NCBI GenBank assembly: GCA_044344255.1
Contig: JBIJDH010000002.1
Location: 192,001 to 256,000 of the forward strand
DNA from: Myxococcota bacterium
GTDB taxonomy: Bacteria > Myxococcota_A > UBA796 > UBA2385
Direction of reading: 5' to 3'
Length of the DNA: 64,000 nucleotides
The first letter of the stretch is position 1, and the number at the start of each line of letters is the position of its first letter. Made by a program: the position numbers and the translations under genes. Shown here in pieces: positions 1 through 8,310 of the stretch. The notes beneath the pieces were generated by a model that was not told the origin of the DNA, did no database searches, and saw nothing but the letters and a program-made list of their open reading frames with translations.

Positions 1-93
1 CGCCTCCACCTGCCGCTCTCCGTGGGAGCGGGGGCGGGCGGCGCCATCGACCAGACGCAGACCTACACCGCGGTCCTGGAGCGCAGCCCATGA
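1..93 (+). CDS. 3' end of hypothetical protein (partial, runs off window start)
   Basis: Frame 1 is open (RLHLPLSV...AVLERSP*) with GC-rich third positions; its TGA overlaps the next ATG (ATGA at 90-93). Confidence 0.65.
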   Translation, partial: RLHLPLSVGAGAGGAIDQTQTYTAVLERSP

Positions 94-557
94 TCGGCCT
101 CATCTTCCTGGTCGCCGCCGGGCCGGCCCTCCCAGACGACGCGCCGCTGCCGCGGTACCTCGACGATCGGCGGGTCTCGGCGGTTATCCGCGCGGCGCTG
201 CCTGCGGCCACGGCCTGCGGGGCCTCTGCCCCTGGGGCGGTGGAGCTCGAGCTGCGGGTCGGCGCCGAGGGGGGCGTGTTGGGCGTCGGGCCCCCCGAGG
301 TCCCCGCGTGCTGGGTCGAGGCCGCCCGTGGCTGGATCTTCCCCGCCCATGATGACGACCCGGTGATGATCCGGGTGCGGCTGGCCTCTGTCACAGGGGA
401 AGCGCCGGTGCTCTTGGAGTCCGTTGTGCTCCCTCGCGACGTGGGCCCCCTGTTCCTGTATCTTCCTTCGGATCTGGACCCCGAGCGCCGAGCGGCGATC
501 GACGCGCTGCTCGGCTTCGGCGGCGCAGCCGCGCAGGCTCCGGGCTCCGCGCGGTAG
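90..557 (+). CDS. Secreted protein with AgmX/PglI C-terminal (TonB-C-like) domain
   Basis: Hydrophobic N-terminus; ATACG..GAVELELRVGAEGGV..ACWVEAARGWIFPAH..PVMIRV resembles the two-Cys TonB-C-like domain of 61288-62919. Confidence 0.6.
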   Translation: MIGLIFLVAAGPALPDDAPLPRYLDDRRVSAVIRAALPAATACGASAPGAVELELRVGAEGGVLGVGPPEVPACWVEAARGWIFPAHDDDPVMIRVRLASVTGEAPVLLESVVLPRDVGPLFLYLPSDLDPERRAAIDALLGFGGAAAQAPGSAR

Positions 558-577
558 ACTCGGCTCGAAGAGGGTGC

Positions 578-3500
578 TTGATGGAAAGCGGCTACGACAT
601 CGAAGAGCGGTTGAAGGTGCTGATCTCGGGGTGTACCTGGGTCCGCGAGGTCAGCCGAGCGGTCCAATTGGTGCCGGGCCTCGCCGACGATCTGCCGCCG
701 CTCTGCAGCCTGCCGGGCGCGCAGGGTGAGCCCACCTCGCTGATCCCGATGCCGGCGTCGGCCGATCTCTTCACCGCGCTCGGGCTCGTGATGAAGCGAG
801 AGCTGGAGCGCGCCATCAAGGGAGAGCCGAGCCCGCGGCCCGAGGAGCTTCCGGTCGCGGACCTCGCCGCTGATCCGCTGGTCATCGAGCTCGTCCGCGA
901 GATGCTGGAGTGTTCCTGGCCAGGGCTCCGCGCTCGGTCGGTGCCTGCCCTCGCGCTCGGCTGGGCGGCGCCCCGCCTCATCTCTGGGCGCGCGGGAGAG
1001 GTCCCCGGCCCCTCCAAGGAGACCGCTCGCCACCTGGATGAGCTGGCGCAGCAGATGGGCAAGCTCCACCTCACCGAGCGGGGCCCGTTGCTGCACCGCC
1101 TCGGCTGGGCGATCTCCGGTCGATACGCGGCGGCCCTCACCTTCGCCTGCCGGGCCAACCCGCGGACCCAGACCGGCGGGCTCGCTCGTCAGCTCCTGCC
1201 GAACCCGCTCGTGCTCGCCTTCCCCCGCGGGAGCGTCGAAGGGGGGCCCAACCTCGATCTGGTCGCCGCCTTCCTCGGCCTCTCGCTCGATCAGGGCCTG
1301 CTCCAGCAGCTGGAGGCGGTCACCCGCCTCGCGCTCCAAACCTCCAAGGCTCGCGTGGAGAAGGGCAAGGGTGAGGCGGTGGATCTGGCCCTCCAAGCCC
1401 TACTCCCACAGGATGGGTCGGCCGGGGATCCCTGGGTGGTGCTGCTCCACCCGCTGGCCGGCCCCTTCCTCATCTCCGGCCTCCCCAGCCTCGTGACCAT
1501 GAAGGAGGTGACCGCGGCGGGCGTACCGAAGGAGGTGGCCAAGAGCTTCGGGGATCGCACCGCGATCCGCGCGCTGCTGGCGGCCTGGTCCGAGCTCTCG
1601 CAGGCCGTGCTGCGCTGGGACGTGCTGGCGTCGATCTGCGATCGGGTGCTGCCGATCCGCTTCGAGGGCAACCGCTGGGTGGGGCCGTCGGGCCCCCTCC
1701 CGCAGGACGCACGGTGGGCCTTCGGCTTGCCTCGCGCCTCCGCCGCCTCCAACGAGGGCCATGTGGTGGCGGTGCGCCTCGGCCCCCTCCGGCTGGCCGT
1801 CTCGGAGGCTGCGCGGAGCAAGGGGATCAAGGGGTCGAGCGGCGCGGCCTGGCGCTGCTGGAGCGAGCTCACCGCCCGGGCCGGCGCGCTGATGGACAGC
1901 GTCATCGCCGATCACGGCGTCGCTGTCTTCCCCTCCGCCGCCGCTGCCTTCTCGTTCGCGCGCGCGGCTCGGAGTCGCCTCGGCGGCGGGCGGGAGCTCC
2001 CGCTCGGACCCCTCCAGCAGCCGATGAGCCTCCCGAGCGGCATCATCCCGCCCATCGGCATCGCGAGCGGCGAGGTGCTGGGCGGGCACGACGGGGAGAC
2101 GGCCTCCTTCGGCGGTCGGGCGGTCGCCGAGGCGATCTTCCTGGCTGGAAATGGTCGTGTGGACCGCATCGCAGACGACCCCTTCGGGGTTCGACGGGTG
2201 GGCTACGGAGGAGCGGGCCTCGGCAATGACGGTGTCGCCGCCTCGCGTGCCTTCCTCGCGGCGCTGCTCTCTGGGGTGGAGCGCGCGGGCACCGCCCTTC
2301 ACCGCGCCGGGGAGACCACCCGGGTGGCGGGCGTGGCCGCGGACTTCACGAGCTGGCCGGTCCCCGCATGGTGGGAGATCGGCGAAGAGGTCGTGATGGC
2401 CCTGCCGCTGGAGGCCGGATCGGCTCAGGGGCCGGTTGAGCTGGCCTTCCTGACCCGCGACACCTTCACCGAGCTGGCGCGGGCAGACGCGGATCGAGCG
2501 CGTCGCTCCCCCAGCGCTGCGTCGGCCGCCGGTCGCCCCGCTCCGGGCGCCCCGGAGGGTCTCCCGCCCAGCCGCTCCTTCGTGGGAGGCACCTCCGCCC
2601 CGCCCGCCGCGCCGGAGCCCACCTCGGTCGCCCCTCGGGGGCCTGCCCCGGCGGGCTCACTCGCGGAGCCCGCCGCCCGCGTCTCCGCGCCGATGACCCT
2701 CGACGACTTCGAGGATGATGACTCGGCCGGGCCGCTGATCACCACCGCCGCGAAGGGCCACTCTCGGGTGGGCCTCGGCAGCTTCGGCGGCGCCTCGCTG
2801 ATGCCTCCGCCCGCCTCGACGCCCAAGGTCGCCCCGCCCGCGACGCTCTCGCCATTCGCCCCGCCGACCCCGCCGACCCCGCCGACCCCGCCGACCCCAC
2901 CCGCGCCGTCGACACCCCCCGCGCCGCCGACCCCGCCGGCGGCGGCTCCGAGGCCGGCCCCCGCCGCCGATCCCTTCGGCGCATCACCCCCGAAGGGGCC
3001 TCCGCTGAGCGATCCTTTCAGCGCGGCCCCGACGAAGCCCGTCCCGCCCAGCGATCCCTTCGGAGCTGCCCCGACGCGTTCGGTCCCGCTCTCCGATCCC
3101 TTTGGCGCGGCGCCCTCGAAGGCTTCGACCCCATCGCCCTCGCCCGCCGATCCGTTCGGCGCCTCTTCCTCCCCCGCTGCCGCGAGCTCCGGGGTCAGCG
3201 ATCCCTTCGGCGCCCCGTCGGCGCGGCCTGCGGCGCCCTCAGCGAGCGCAGGTCCAGGCCTGGTCGACCCCTTCGCCCTCGGCTTCGGCGATGATCCGGA
3301 GCCGGTGGGTCAGCAGGGCGATCCGCGCCCCCGCGTCGGCTCGCTCGCCTTGCTCGAGGATGGCCCGACGGAGGCGCCATCGGGGCCTCGGACTTCGGCG
3401 CCGATGATCTTCGAGGATGACCTCACGGAGGAGGAGACCGACTCACAGGACATGGTCGCCCCCGAGGTGGAGGTGAACGACGACTGGGAAGAAGAGAGCT

Positions 3501-4363
3501 CGGACGAGGACTCCTGGCTCGACGAGGCCGGAGATCCCGTACAATGGAGGAAGGACAAGCCCGTCCCCAGCAGCCACACGCCCTCGCCCCTGCCCTCCTT
3601 GCCGGAGCGGGGCCGGGGCGCCTCGGAGCCGCGCGATCGCGCCGATCATGCGCGCCGGCCTTCGCCGATGGACGACGTCGAGCTGTCTCAGCTCGGCCCG
3701 ATCGGGGAGGAGGACGAGCCAGAGCTGGGCTTCGCCTTCGACGAGCTCGAGCCGGCTGGGGACAGCTTCGGAGACGGCATCCCGCGCTTCCCGTCCCTGG
3801 ATGGTCCCAGCGCGCCCTCCGACGCGCAACCCGGAGCCTTCGATCTGAGCGGTCCGAACGAGCTCTCCGATCTGGGCGGCTTCGCGATGTGGTCGGACCT
3901 GCCGTCGGTCGAGCCCACGCCTCTGCCCGCCGCGACCACCCGCTCCACCGCGGCGCCGCCGCCCGTGGCCACCACGGCGCCCGCGCCACTCGCGCCGCCA
4001 ATCGCGCCGCCCGCGCCCACCGCGCCGCCCGTGGCCCCCGCGCCCACCGCGGCGCCGTCCCGCCCGAGCCGCCCGGATCCGATGGTGGCTGAGCTCGTCC
4101 GTCTGCTCAAGGGCTACGTCGTCAAGACCGACGGCGGCGCCGTGATCCTCGGCCTGCGGGACGGGAGCCTCCTCCGCGACGCGCACACCTACCCCGGGGA
4201 TGCGGGACACCTCAAGGCATATCGAGGCTTCCTGAAGGACAAGATCGCCGAAGGCTTCATCCCGCAGACCGACCGCACCCTGCCCGCCGGGCCTGTCCAG
4301 GGCCTCAGCGACATTCAGCCGACCCTGATCGAACAGGCCTACCGGGAGATCAAGAACGGATGA
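578..4363 (+). CDS. Large hypothetical protein: degenerate class III nucleotide-cyclase-like domain, Pro-rich/DPF-repeat and acidic disordered regions, small C-terminal domain
   Basis: 1261-aa ORF (TTG 578 or ATG 581); ADHGVAVFPSAAAAFSFA, IGIASGEVLGG and FGGRAVAEAIFL echo the cyclase fold; stop overlaps the next ATG. Confidence 0.8.
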   Translation: MMESGYDIEERLKVLISGCTWVREVSRAVQLVPGLADDLPPLCSLPGAQGEPTSLIPMPASADLFTALGLVMKRELERAIKGEPSPRPEELPVADLAADPLVIELVREMLECSWPGLRARSVPALALGWAAPRLISGRAGEVPGPSKETARHLDELAQQMGKLHLTERGPLLHRLGWAISGRYAAALTFACRANPRTQTGGLARQLLPNPLVLAFPRGSVEGGPNLDLVAAFLGLSLDQGLLQQLEAVTRLALQTSKARVEKGKGEAVDLALQALLPQDGSAGDPWVVLLHPLAGPFLISGLPSLVTMKEVTAAGVPKEVAKSFGDRTAIRALLAAWSELSQAVLRWDVLASICDRVLPIRFEGNRWVGPSGPLPQDARWAFGLPRASAASNEGHVVAVRLGPLRLAVSEAARSKGIKGSSGAAWRCWSELTARAGALMDSVIADHGVAVFPSAAAAFSFARAARSRLGGGRELPLGPLQQPMSLPSGIIPPIGIASGEVLGGHDGETASFGGRAVAEAIFLAGNGRVDRIADDPFGVRRVGYGGAGLGNDGVAASRAFLAALLSGVERAGTALHRAGETTRVAGVAADFTSWPVPAWWEIGEEVVMALPLEAGSAQGPVELAFLTRDTFTELARADADRARRSPSAASAAGRPAPGAPEGLPPSRSFVGGTSAPPAAPEPTSVAPRGPAPAGSLAEPAARVSAPMTLDDFEDDDSAGPLITTAAKGHSRVGLGSFGGASLMPPPASTPKVAPPATLSPFAPPTPPTPPTPPTPPAPSTPPAPPTPPAAAPRPAPAADPFGASPPKGPPLSDPFSAAPTKPVPPSDPFGAAPTRSVPLSDPFGAAPSKASTPSPSPADPFGASSSPAAASSGVSDPFGAPSARPAAPSASAGPGLVDPFALGFGDDPEPVGQQGDPRPRVGSLALLEDGPTEAPSGPRTSAPMIFEDDLTEEETDSQDMVAPEVEVNDDWEEESSDEDSWLDEAGDPVQWRKDKPVPSSHTPSPLPSLPERGRGASEPRDRADHARRPSPMDDVELSQLGPIGEEDEPELGFAFDELEPAGDSFGDGIPRFPSLDGPSAPSDAQPGAFDLSGPNELSDLGGFAMWSDLPSVEPTPLPAATTRSTAAPPPVATTAPAPLAPPIAPPAPTAPPVAPAPTAAPSRPSRPDPMVAELVRLLKGYVVKTDGGAVILGLRDGSLLRDAHTYPGDAGHLKAYRGFLKDKIAEGFIPQTDRTLPAGPVQGLSDIQPTLIEQAYREIKNG
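2861..2896 (+). repeat. Coding tandem repeat (CCGCCGACC)x4 = (PPT)x4
   Basis: Four exact 9-bp copies read directly. Confidence 0.9.
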
Positions 4364-4869
4364 GCGATCCACGATCCACCGCCCGCTCGTCCTCGGCGCG
4401 ATCGCCATCCCTCGGCGGGCTGGTCCTCGTCGCGCCGCTCGCCGTCGCCGTCGCCTGCGGGAAGGCGGCTGACGACACGGGCGCGCCGCCCCCCGAGGTC
4501 GCGGGGAACTACCAGGTCTTCCCGACGGGCACGGTCGGCTGCGAGGAGGGCGACTCCGTCCTGATCACGGATTGGGCCGAGGGCCCGCTTGTGATCGAGG
4601 GTCCCGCCGGATCGCTGCGCTTTGACTTTGGGGAGGACTATGCCTTCGACGGATATGTCGGCGGCGACGCCCGCTTCCGCTTCAGCGGGGAGGCCACCTC
4701 GCTCGCCTCTCACCTCGACATAGACGGGTCTGGAACCTTCGAGAATGTGGGCGGGTACTGGAAGATCGACGGACAGTTCGACGCCGTGGTCGATGAGGAC
4801 GGCCTGTCCTCGAATGACTGCACGCTGACCGTCACCTTCGAGGCGACGGAGCTCCACGCCGAGCCCTGA
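4360..4869 (+). CDS. Hypothetical lipoprotein, beta-rich
   Basis: Signal peptide with lipobox AVAC-GK; ATGA overlap with upstream gene. Confidence 0.8.
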   Translation: MSDPRSTARSSSARSPSLGGLVLVAPLAVAVACGKAADDTGAPPPEVAGNYQVFPTGTVGCEEGDSVLITDWAEGPLVIEGPAGSLRFDFGEDYAFDGYVGGDARFRFSGEATSLASHLDIDGSGTFENVGGYWKIDGQFDAVVDEDGLSSNDCTLTVTFEATELHAEP

Positions 4870-5084
4870 GGGGGGGCTTCGCCGGGGGCTCATGGTGGGG
4901 CTCGTTTCGGCGGTCGGGACCCGTCGCCATCGAGATGGAAACCGGCTACACGGTCTCATTCTTCCAGCAGGCCCCGCTTCGGGGGGGCGCCGGGACGGCC
5001 AGATGCCATCCGAAGCGCCTTCGGGCTGAACGTGGCACACGTCGGCTTCGCGGCGACCTTCGAGCTGGGCAAAAAGGTGCGGTG

Positions 5085-5606
5085 ATGAAGCTCTATCGGT
5101 CCAAGATCCCAGAGATCGCCCGCGCGGTCATCCAAAATCTCTGTCACGACGGCGCGCTTGAGGTCGCGCCGGAGAACCGGCCCGAGGCCGAGCTCGACCT
5201 CACCGCGGTGATGGAAGAGTACCTCCGCCGGGACGCCGAGCTTCGGGAGCGCGTGCGCGAGCACATGGAGCTCCAGAACATCGCGTACGACCGCTACGGC
5301 AAGGTGCGGGCGCAGATGGCCGAGGAGTGGGGCCACCCCACCGGAGAAGACGTCGAGCGTTTCTTGGCCCGGCAGTTCGTCGAGAACTTCATGATCTCTC
5401 GCTTCGTCGAAGAGGTCTTCGCCGAAGACAAGGACATCTACAAGGCCATGCTCGAGATCTTGCGCAAGCATGATGTAGACGAGCGGGCGATCCGCGATGA
5501 GGCCTTGGAGAAGATCAAGAACATCGCCGAGGGCACTGTGGAGTACGAGATCGCGCTCTCGCGCGCGATCAAGGACGTCAAGAAGCGCCACGGCCTCATT
5601 TCCTGA
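5085..5606 (+). CDS. DUF507 family protein
   Basis: MKLYRSKIPEIARAVIQNL..EAELDL..VEEVFAED..EGTVEYEI..KKRHGL matches the deltaproteobacterial DUF507 pattern; AAGG precedes ATG 5085. Confidence 0.8.
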   Translation: MKLYRSKIPEIARAVIQNLCHDGALEVAPENRPEAELDLTAVMEEYLRRDAELRERVREHMELQNIAYDRYGKVRAQMAEEWGHPTGEDVERFLARQFVENFMISRFVEEVFAEDKDIYKAMLEILRKHDVDERAIRDEALEKIKNIAEGTVEYEIALSRAIKDVKKRHGLIS

Positions 5607-5663
5607 GCTGGGCGTGAAGGGTCCTGAGCCGGGCGTGAAGGGTCCTGAGCCGGGCGTGAAGGG
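5601..5663 (+). repeat. 21-bp tandem repeat x3 (TCCTGAGCYGGGCGTGAAGGG)
   Basis: Copies at 5601, 5622 and 5643; one mismatch in the first copy. Confidence 0.95.
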
Positions 5664-6336
5664 CTTGGGGTGCCGCCTTCGCCGAGCCGGCCTCGGCCTG
5701 TGGCTCGGTGGAGCCGCGCTGCTGTTCCCCGCCTGTGATGAGCCCGCACCCTCGGCGGAGCGCCAGGCCGTCGAGCTCGCGAAGAAGGCGCCACCGCCGC
5801 CGCGGGCCTCCACGCTGCCGGCCGGCGCGGTCGAGATCAAGCTCGCCTGGACGCGAGTGGGGCGCACCCATCAGTCCTTCTTTGGCGTCTCCACCTTCGT
5901 CGACGCCCTCTCCGTCGGGCTGACCGGCCTCGTCCGCTCGCCGGCCACCCTGCAGATCCGCTACGACGAGGCGACGGCCAAGGGGCAGATCCACCTCTCG
6001 GCCCCCGCGGGCGCGCTGCGGGTGGCGCCGAAGCGGCAGGGCGCGCGGGTCGATCTCCAGCCGCTGAGCCCGGTCCTCGAAGCCCTCGCCGCCTACCGCG
6101 CCGAGGTGTCCGGGCGCTACGACCTTCGCATCCTCAACTTCCACACCGGGATCGAGGCCGAGGGAGGCGGCCATCGCTGCGTCGTCGGGGTGCCTGAGGT
6201 CGGCGCCGGGGACGGCCGCGTCGTCTCGCCCTGCGTCGAGTTTGACGGCGTCGTGCTCTGCGGGGAGCCATCGGCGGAGGGGGTCACCTTCCCGGTAGAG
6301 CGCGCCGCCGAGCTCGCGGCCTGCTTCGGGGCGTAG
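5656..6336 (+). CDS. Hypothetical lipoprotein (GTG start at 5614, 5635 or 5656)
   Basis: RLRR, hydrophobic stretch, then FPAC-DE lipobox; coding-like codon bias. Confidence 0.7.
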   Translation: MKGLGCRLRRAGLGLWLGGAALLFPACDEPAPSAERQAVELAKKAPPPPRASTLPAGAVEIKLAWTRVGRTHQSFFGVSTFVDALSVGLTGLVRSPATLQIRYDEATAKGQIHLSAPAGALRVAPKRQGARVDLQPLSPVLEALAAYRAEVSGRYDLRILNFHTGIEAEGGGHRCVVGVPEVGAGDGRVVSPCVEFDGVVLCGEPSAEGVTFPVERAAELAACFGA

Positions 6337-6348
6337 CGCGCGGCGGCC

Positions 6349-6996
6349 TCAAGGGGCCTGACCGATCACGACATACTGCCGCGGCAGCGCCTCGGTGGCG
6401 ATCCAGGTGGTGAAGCCGGCCGCGCGGAGCTCGGCCACGACCGCTTCGGCGGACAGGCGGTGCTCCTTCGGGGGACCCTCTTCGGACTCGAGGGTGTAGT
6501 CGACCACCACGAGGCGGCCGCCACCCTTGAGGGCGGCCCTGAGCTTGGGGGTGTAGGCGGCGCGGTCGCTCAGGTGGTGCCAGGTGTTGACCACGAGGAC
6601 GCGGTCTGCCGAGCCGGGCTCGAGGCCGGGGGCGTCGGTGGGGATGAGGCGGGCCTGGGCGCTGGGGAGCGCCTCGCGCTGGATGCGGTCGTTCATCCAC
6701 TGCACGAGGGTGGGCTCGATGTCGAGGCCCCAGGTGGCGCCCCCGGCGCCGACGGCCGCGGCGAGGTGGGGGAGGAAGTATCCGGTGCCTGCGCCGAGGT
6801 CGGCCACGGTCATGCCGGGCTGGAGCTCCATCAGCGCGATGACCTCGGCGGGCCGCTGCCAGCCGTCGCGGTCGGGGGCGTCAAAGCGCGCGGCCCACGC
6901 GGCGGCGTCCCCGAAGGAGCGGGGCATCCCTGGCGGCCGATGGGCGTCGCAGGCGAGGAGGAGGCTGAGGGCGACGGCGGAGGGGAGGTGTCGCAC
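6349..6996 (-). CDS. Class I SAM-dependent methyltransferase, lipoprotein
   Basis: Motif I VADLGAGTGYF; LDIEP; LKGGGRLVVVDY; lipobox LLAC. Confidence 0.9.
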   Translation of the reverse strand: MRHLPSAVALSLLLACDAHRPPGMPRSFGDAAAWAARFDAPDRDGWQRPAEVIALMELQPGMTVADLGAGTGYFLPHLAAAVGAGGATWGLDIEPTLVQWMNDRIQREALPSAQARLIPTDAPGLEPGSADRVLVVNTWHHLSDRAAYTPKLRAALKGGGRLVVVDYTLESEEGPPKEHRLSAEAVVAELRAAGFTTWIATEALPRQYVVIGQAP

Positions 6997-7090
6997 GGGA
7001 GGGTCCAGTGGGCGAGGGCGGGCGGCCGGGGGTAACGTGGCGACTGGGTGGCGGCGTGGAGAGGCGGGCCGGGGCCGACCCCTCTGGCGC

Positions 7091-8305
7091 TCATGGCGGG
7101 TCGGCCGGCGGCTCGGTGTCCGTCGGCGGCGCTGTTTCGGGCCCCGGCTCGAAGCCCGGCATCGGCTCCACGCCGGCCACGCGCTCCCCTGCTGCGGCTC
7201 GCGTGAGGCGCTCCGCGAGGTCGACCAGGGCGACGTTGGGGTGCAGCGAGCGCCCCTCGATGCCCCAGAGGCGAAAGGAGCAGAAGAGGCCCGCGGCGGG
7301 GTACCAGGTGAAGAGGTCTCCGGTGAAGGCGGTCAAGCGATAGCGGGCGCCCCGCTCGAGGTCGATGAGCTGGAGCTCGGGGTCGCGGTGCTGAGGGGCC
7401 TCCCCGGCGCGGAGGCCCTGGAGCCAGGCCTCCGCCCGGGCCCGCTCCGCCTCCCGCTCGGCGGGGGGGAGGCCGCGCCAGGCGGCCTCATCGAAGACGC
7501 TGCGCGCCGGCCCCTCGAGCTCGACGGCGACGTAGCGGCCGCCCGGGTGCAGGACGGCCCGGTCGGCGCCGGGGAGCCGGAGGCGGCTCTGACCCGTGGA
7601 CAGGTCGAAGAGCTCGACGCCGCCTTCATCCGACAGGGCGACGAGGCCCGCTGACGCCACCACGCTCATCCGCCCGACGGGGCTCTGCCGCCAGGGCAGG
7701 GCCGGGGCCTCCGTGCCGGTGTCAAGGTTGAGCTGGTAGGGTCGGCGGAGGCCCTCGGCGTCGAGGGCGGTGAAGAGCAGGTCCTGGTCGGTGAGGCCGA
7801 GCTGGAGATCGGTCGGCTCGCCGTGGGTGAGGGGCAGGACGTGGAGGGCGCCGCCGCCGCGGTCGTGGAGGGCCAGCCGCCCACGCGGGGCGCCCTCGGG
7901 TTCGCTTGGACCGAGGGTGTCGCTGCCCGTTCGCAGGGGGAGGATGAGGCGGCCCCCGCGCTGCCAGGCGCCGCCGGGGGCGGGGACGTTGAGCGGCTCG
8001 AGCTCGATGCGTCGCTCCGCGGCGCGGAGCACGTGGGCGCCGCCGGGCAGCAGGAAGTAGAGGTCGAGGCCGTCGGGTGACCAGGCCAGGTCAAGGAACT
8101 CGTTGGCGCCGCACGACTCGAAGACGAGCTGGAGGTTGTGGCGCTGCGCCAGGGCCTCTGCTTCGCCGGCCTCGCAGCGCTCTCGTGCGCCCTCCGCTCG
8201 AGGCGACGGCGAGGCGGGCGGGGGCGTTTCACAGCCGACGACGCTGATCCCGATGAGCAGGGCCACCCCGAGGGCGCGGAGCCCCCCGGACGCGGCGGCG
8301 CACAC
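7091..8305 (-). CDS. TolB-like beta-propeller lipoprotein
   Basis: Lipobox VVGC; LAWSPDG and LHPGGRYVAV blades; true start is probably GTG 8305, just after the M23 gene stop. Confidence 0.65.
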   Translation of the reverse strand: MCAAASGGLRALGVALLIGISVVGCETPPPASPSPRAEGARERCEAGEAEALAQRHNLQLVFESCGANEFLDLAWSPDGLDLYFLLPGGAHVLRAAERRIELEPLNVPAPGGAWQRGGRLILPLRTGSDTLGPSEPEGAPRGRLALHDRGGGALHVLPLTHGEPTDLQLGLTDQDLLFTALDAEGLRRPYQLNLDTGTEAPALPWRQSPVGRMSVVASAGLVALSDEGGVELFDLSTGQSRLRLPGADRAVLHPGGRYVAVELEGPARSVFDEAAWRGLPPAEREAERARAEAWLQGLRAGEAPQHRDPELQLIDLERGARYRLTAFTGDLFTWYPAAGLFCSFRLWGIEGRSLHPNVALVDLAERLTRAAAGERVAGVEPMPGFEPGPETAPPTDTEPPADPP

Positions 8306-8310
8306 CGGCG

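Noticed and set aside
5033..5050. TGGCAC as sigma-54 promoter before DUF507
   Set aside because: The GC lies 9 rather than 10 nt after GG; no TTGC
5601..5663. Possible CRISPR array
   Set aside because: Repeats are directly adjacent with no spacers; no cas genes
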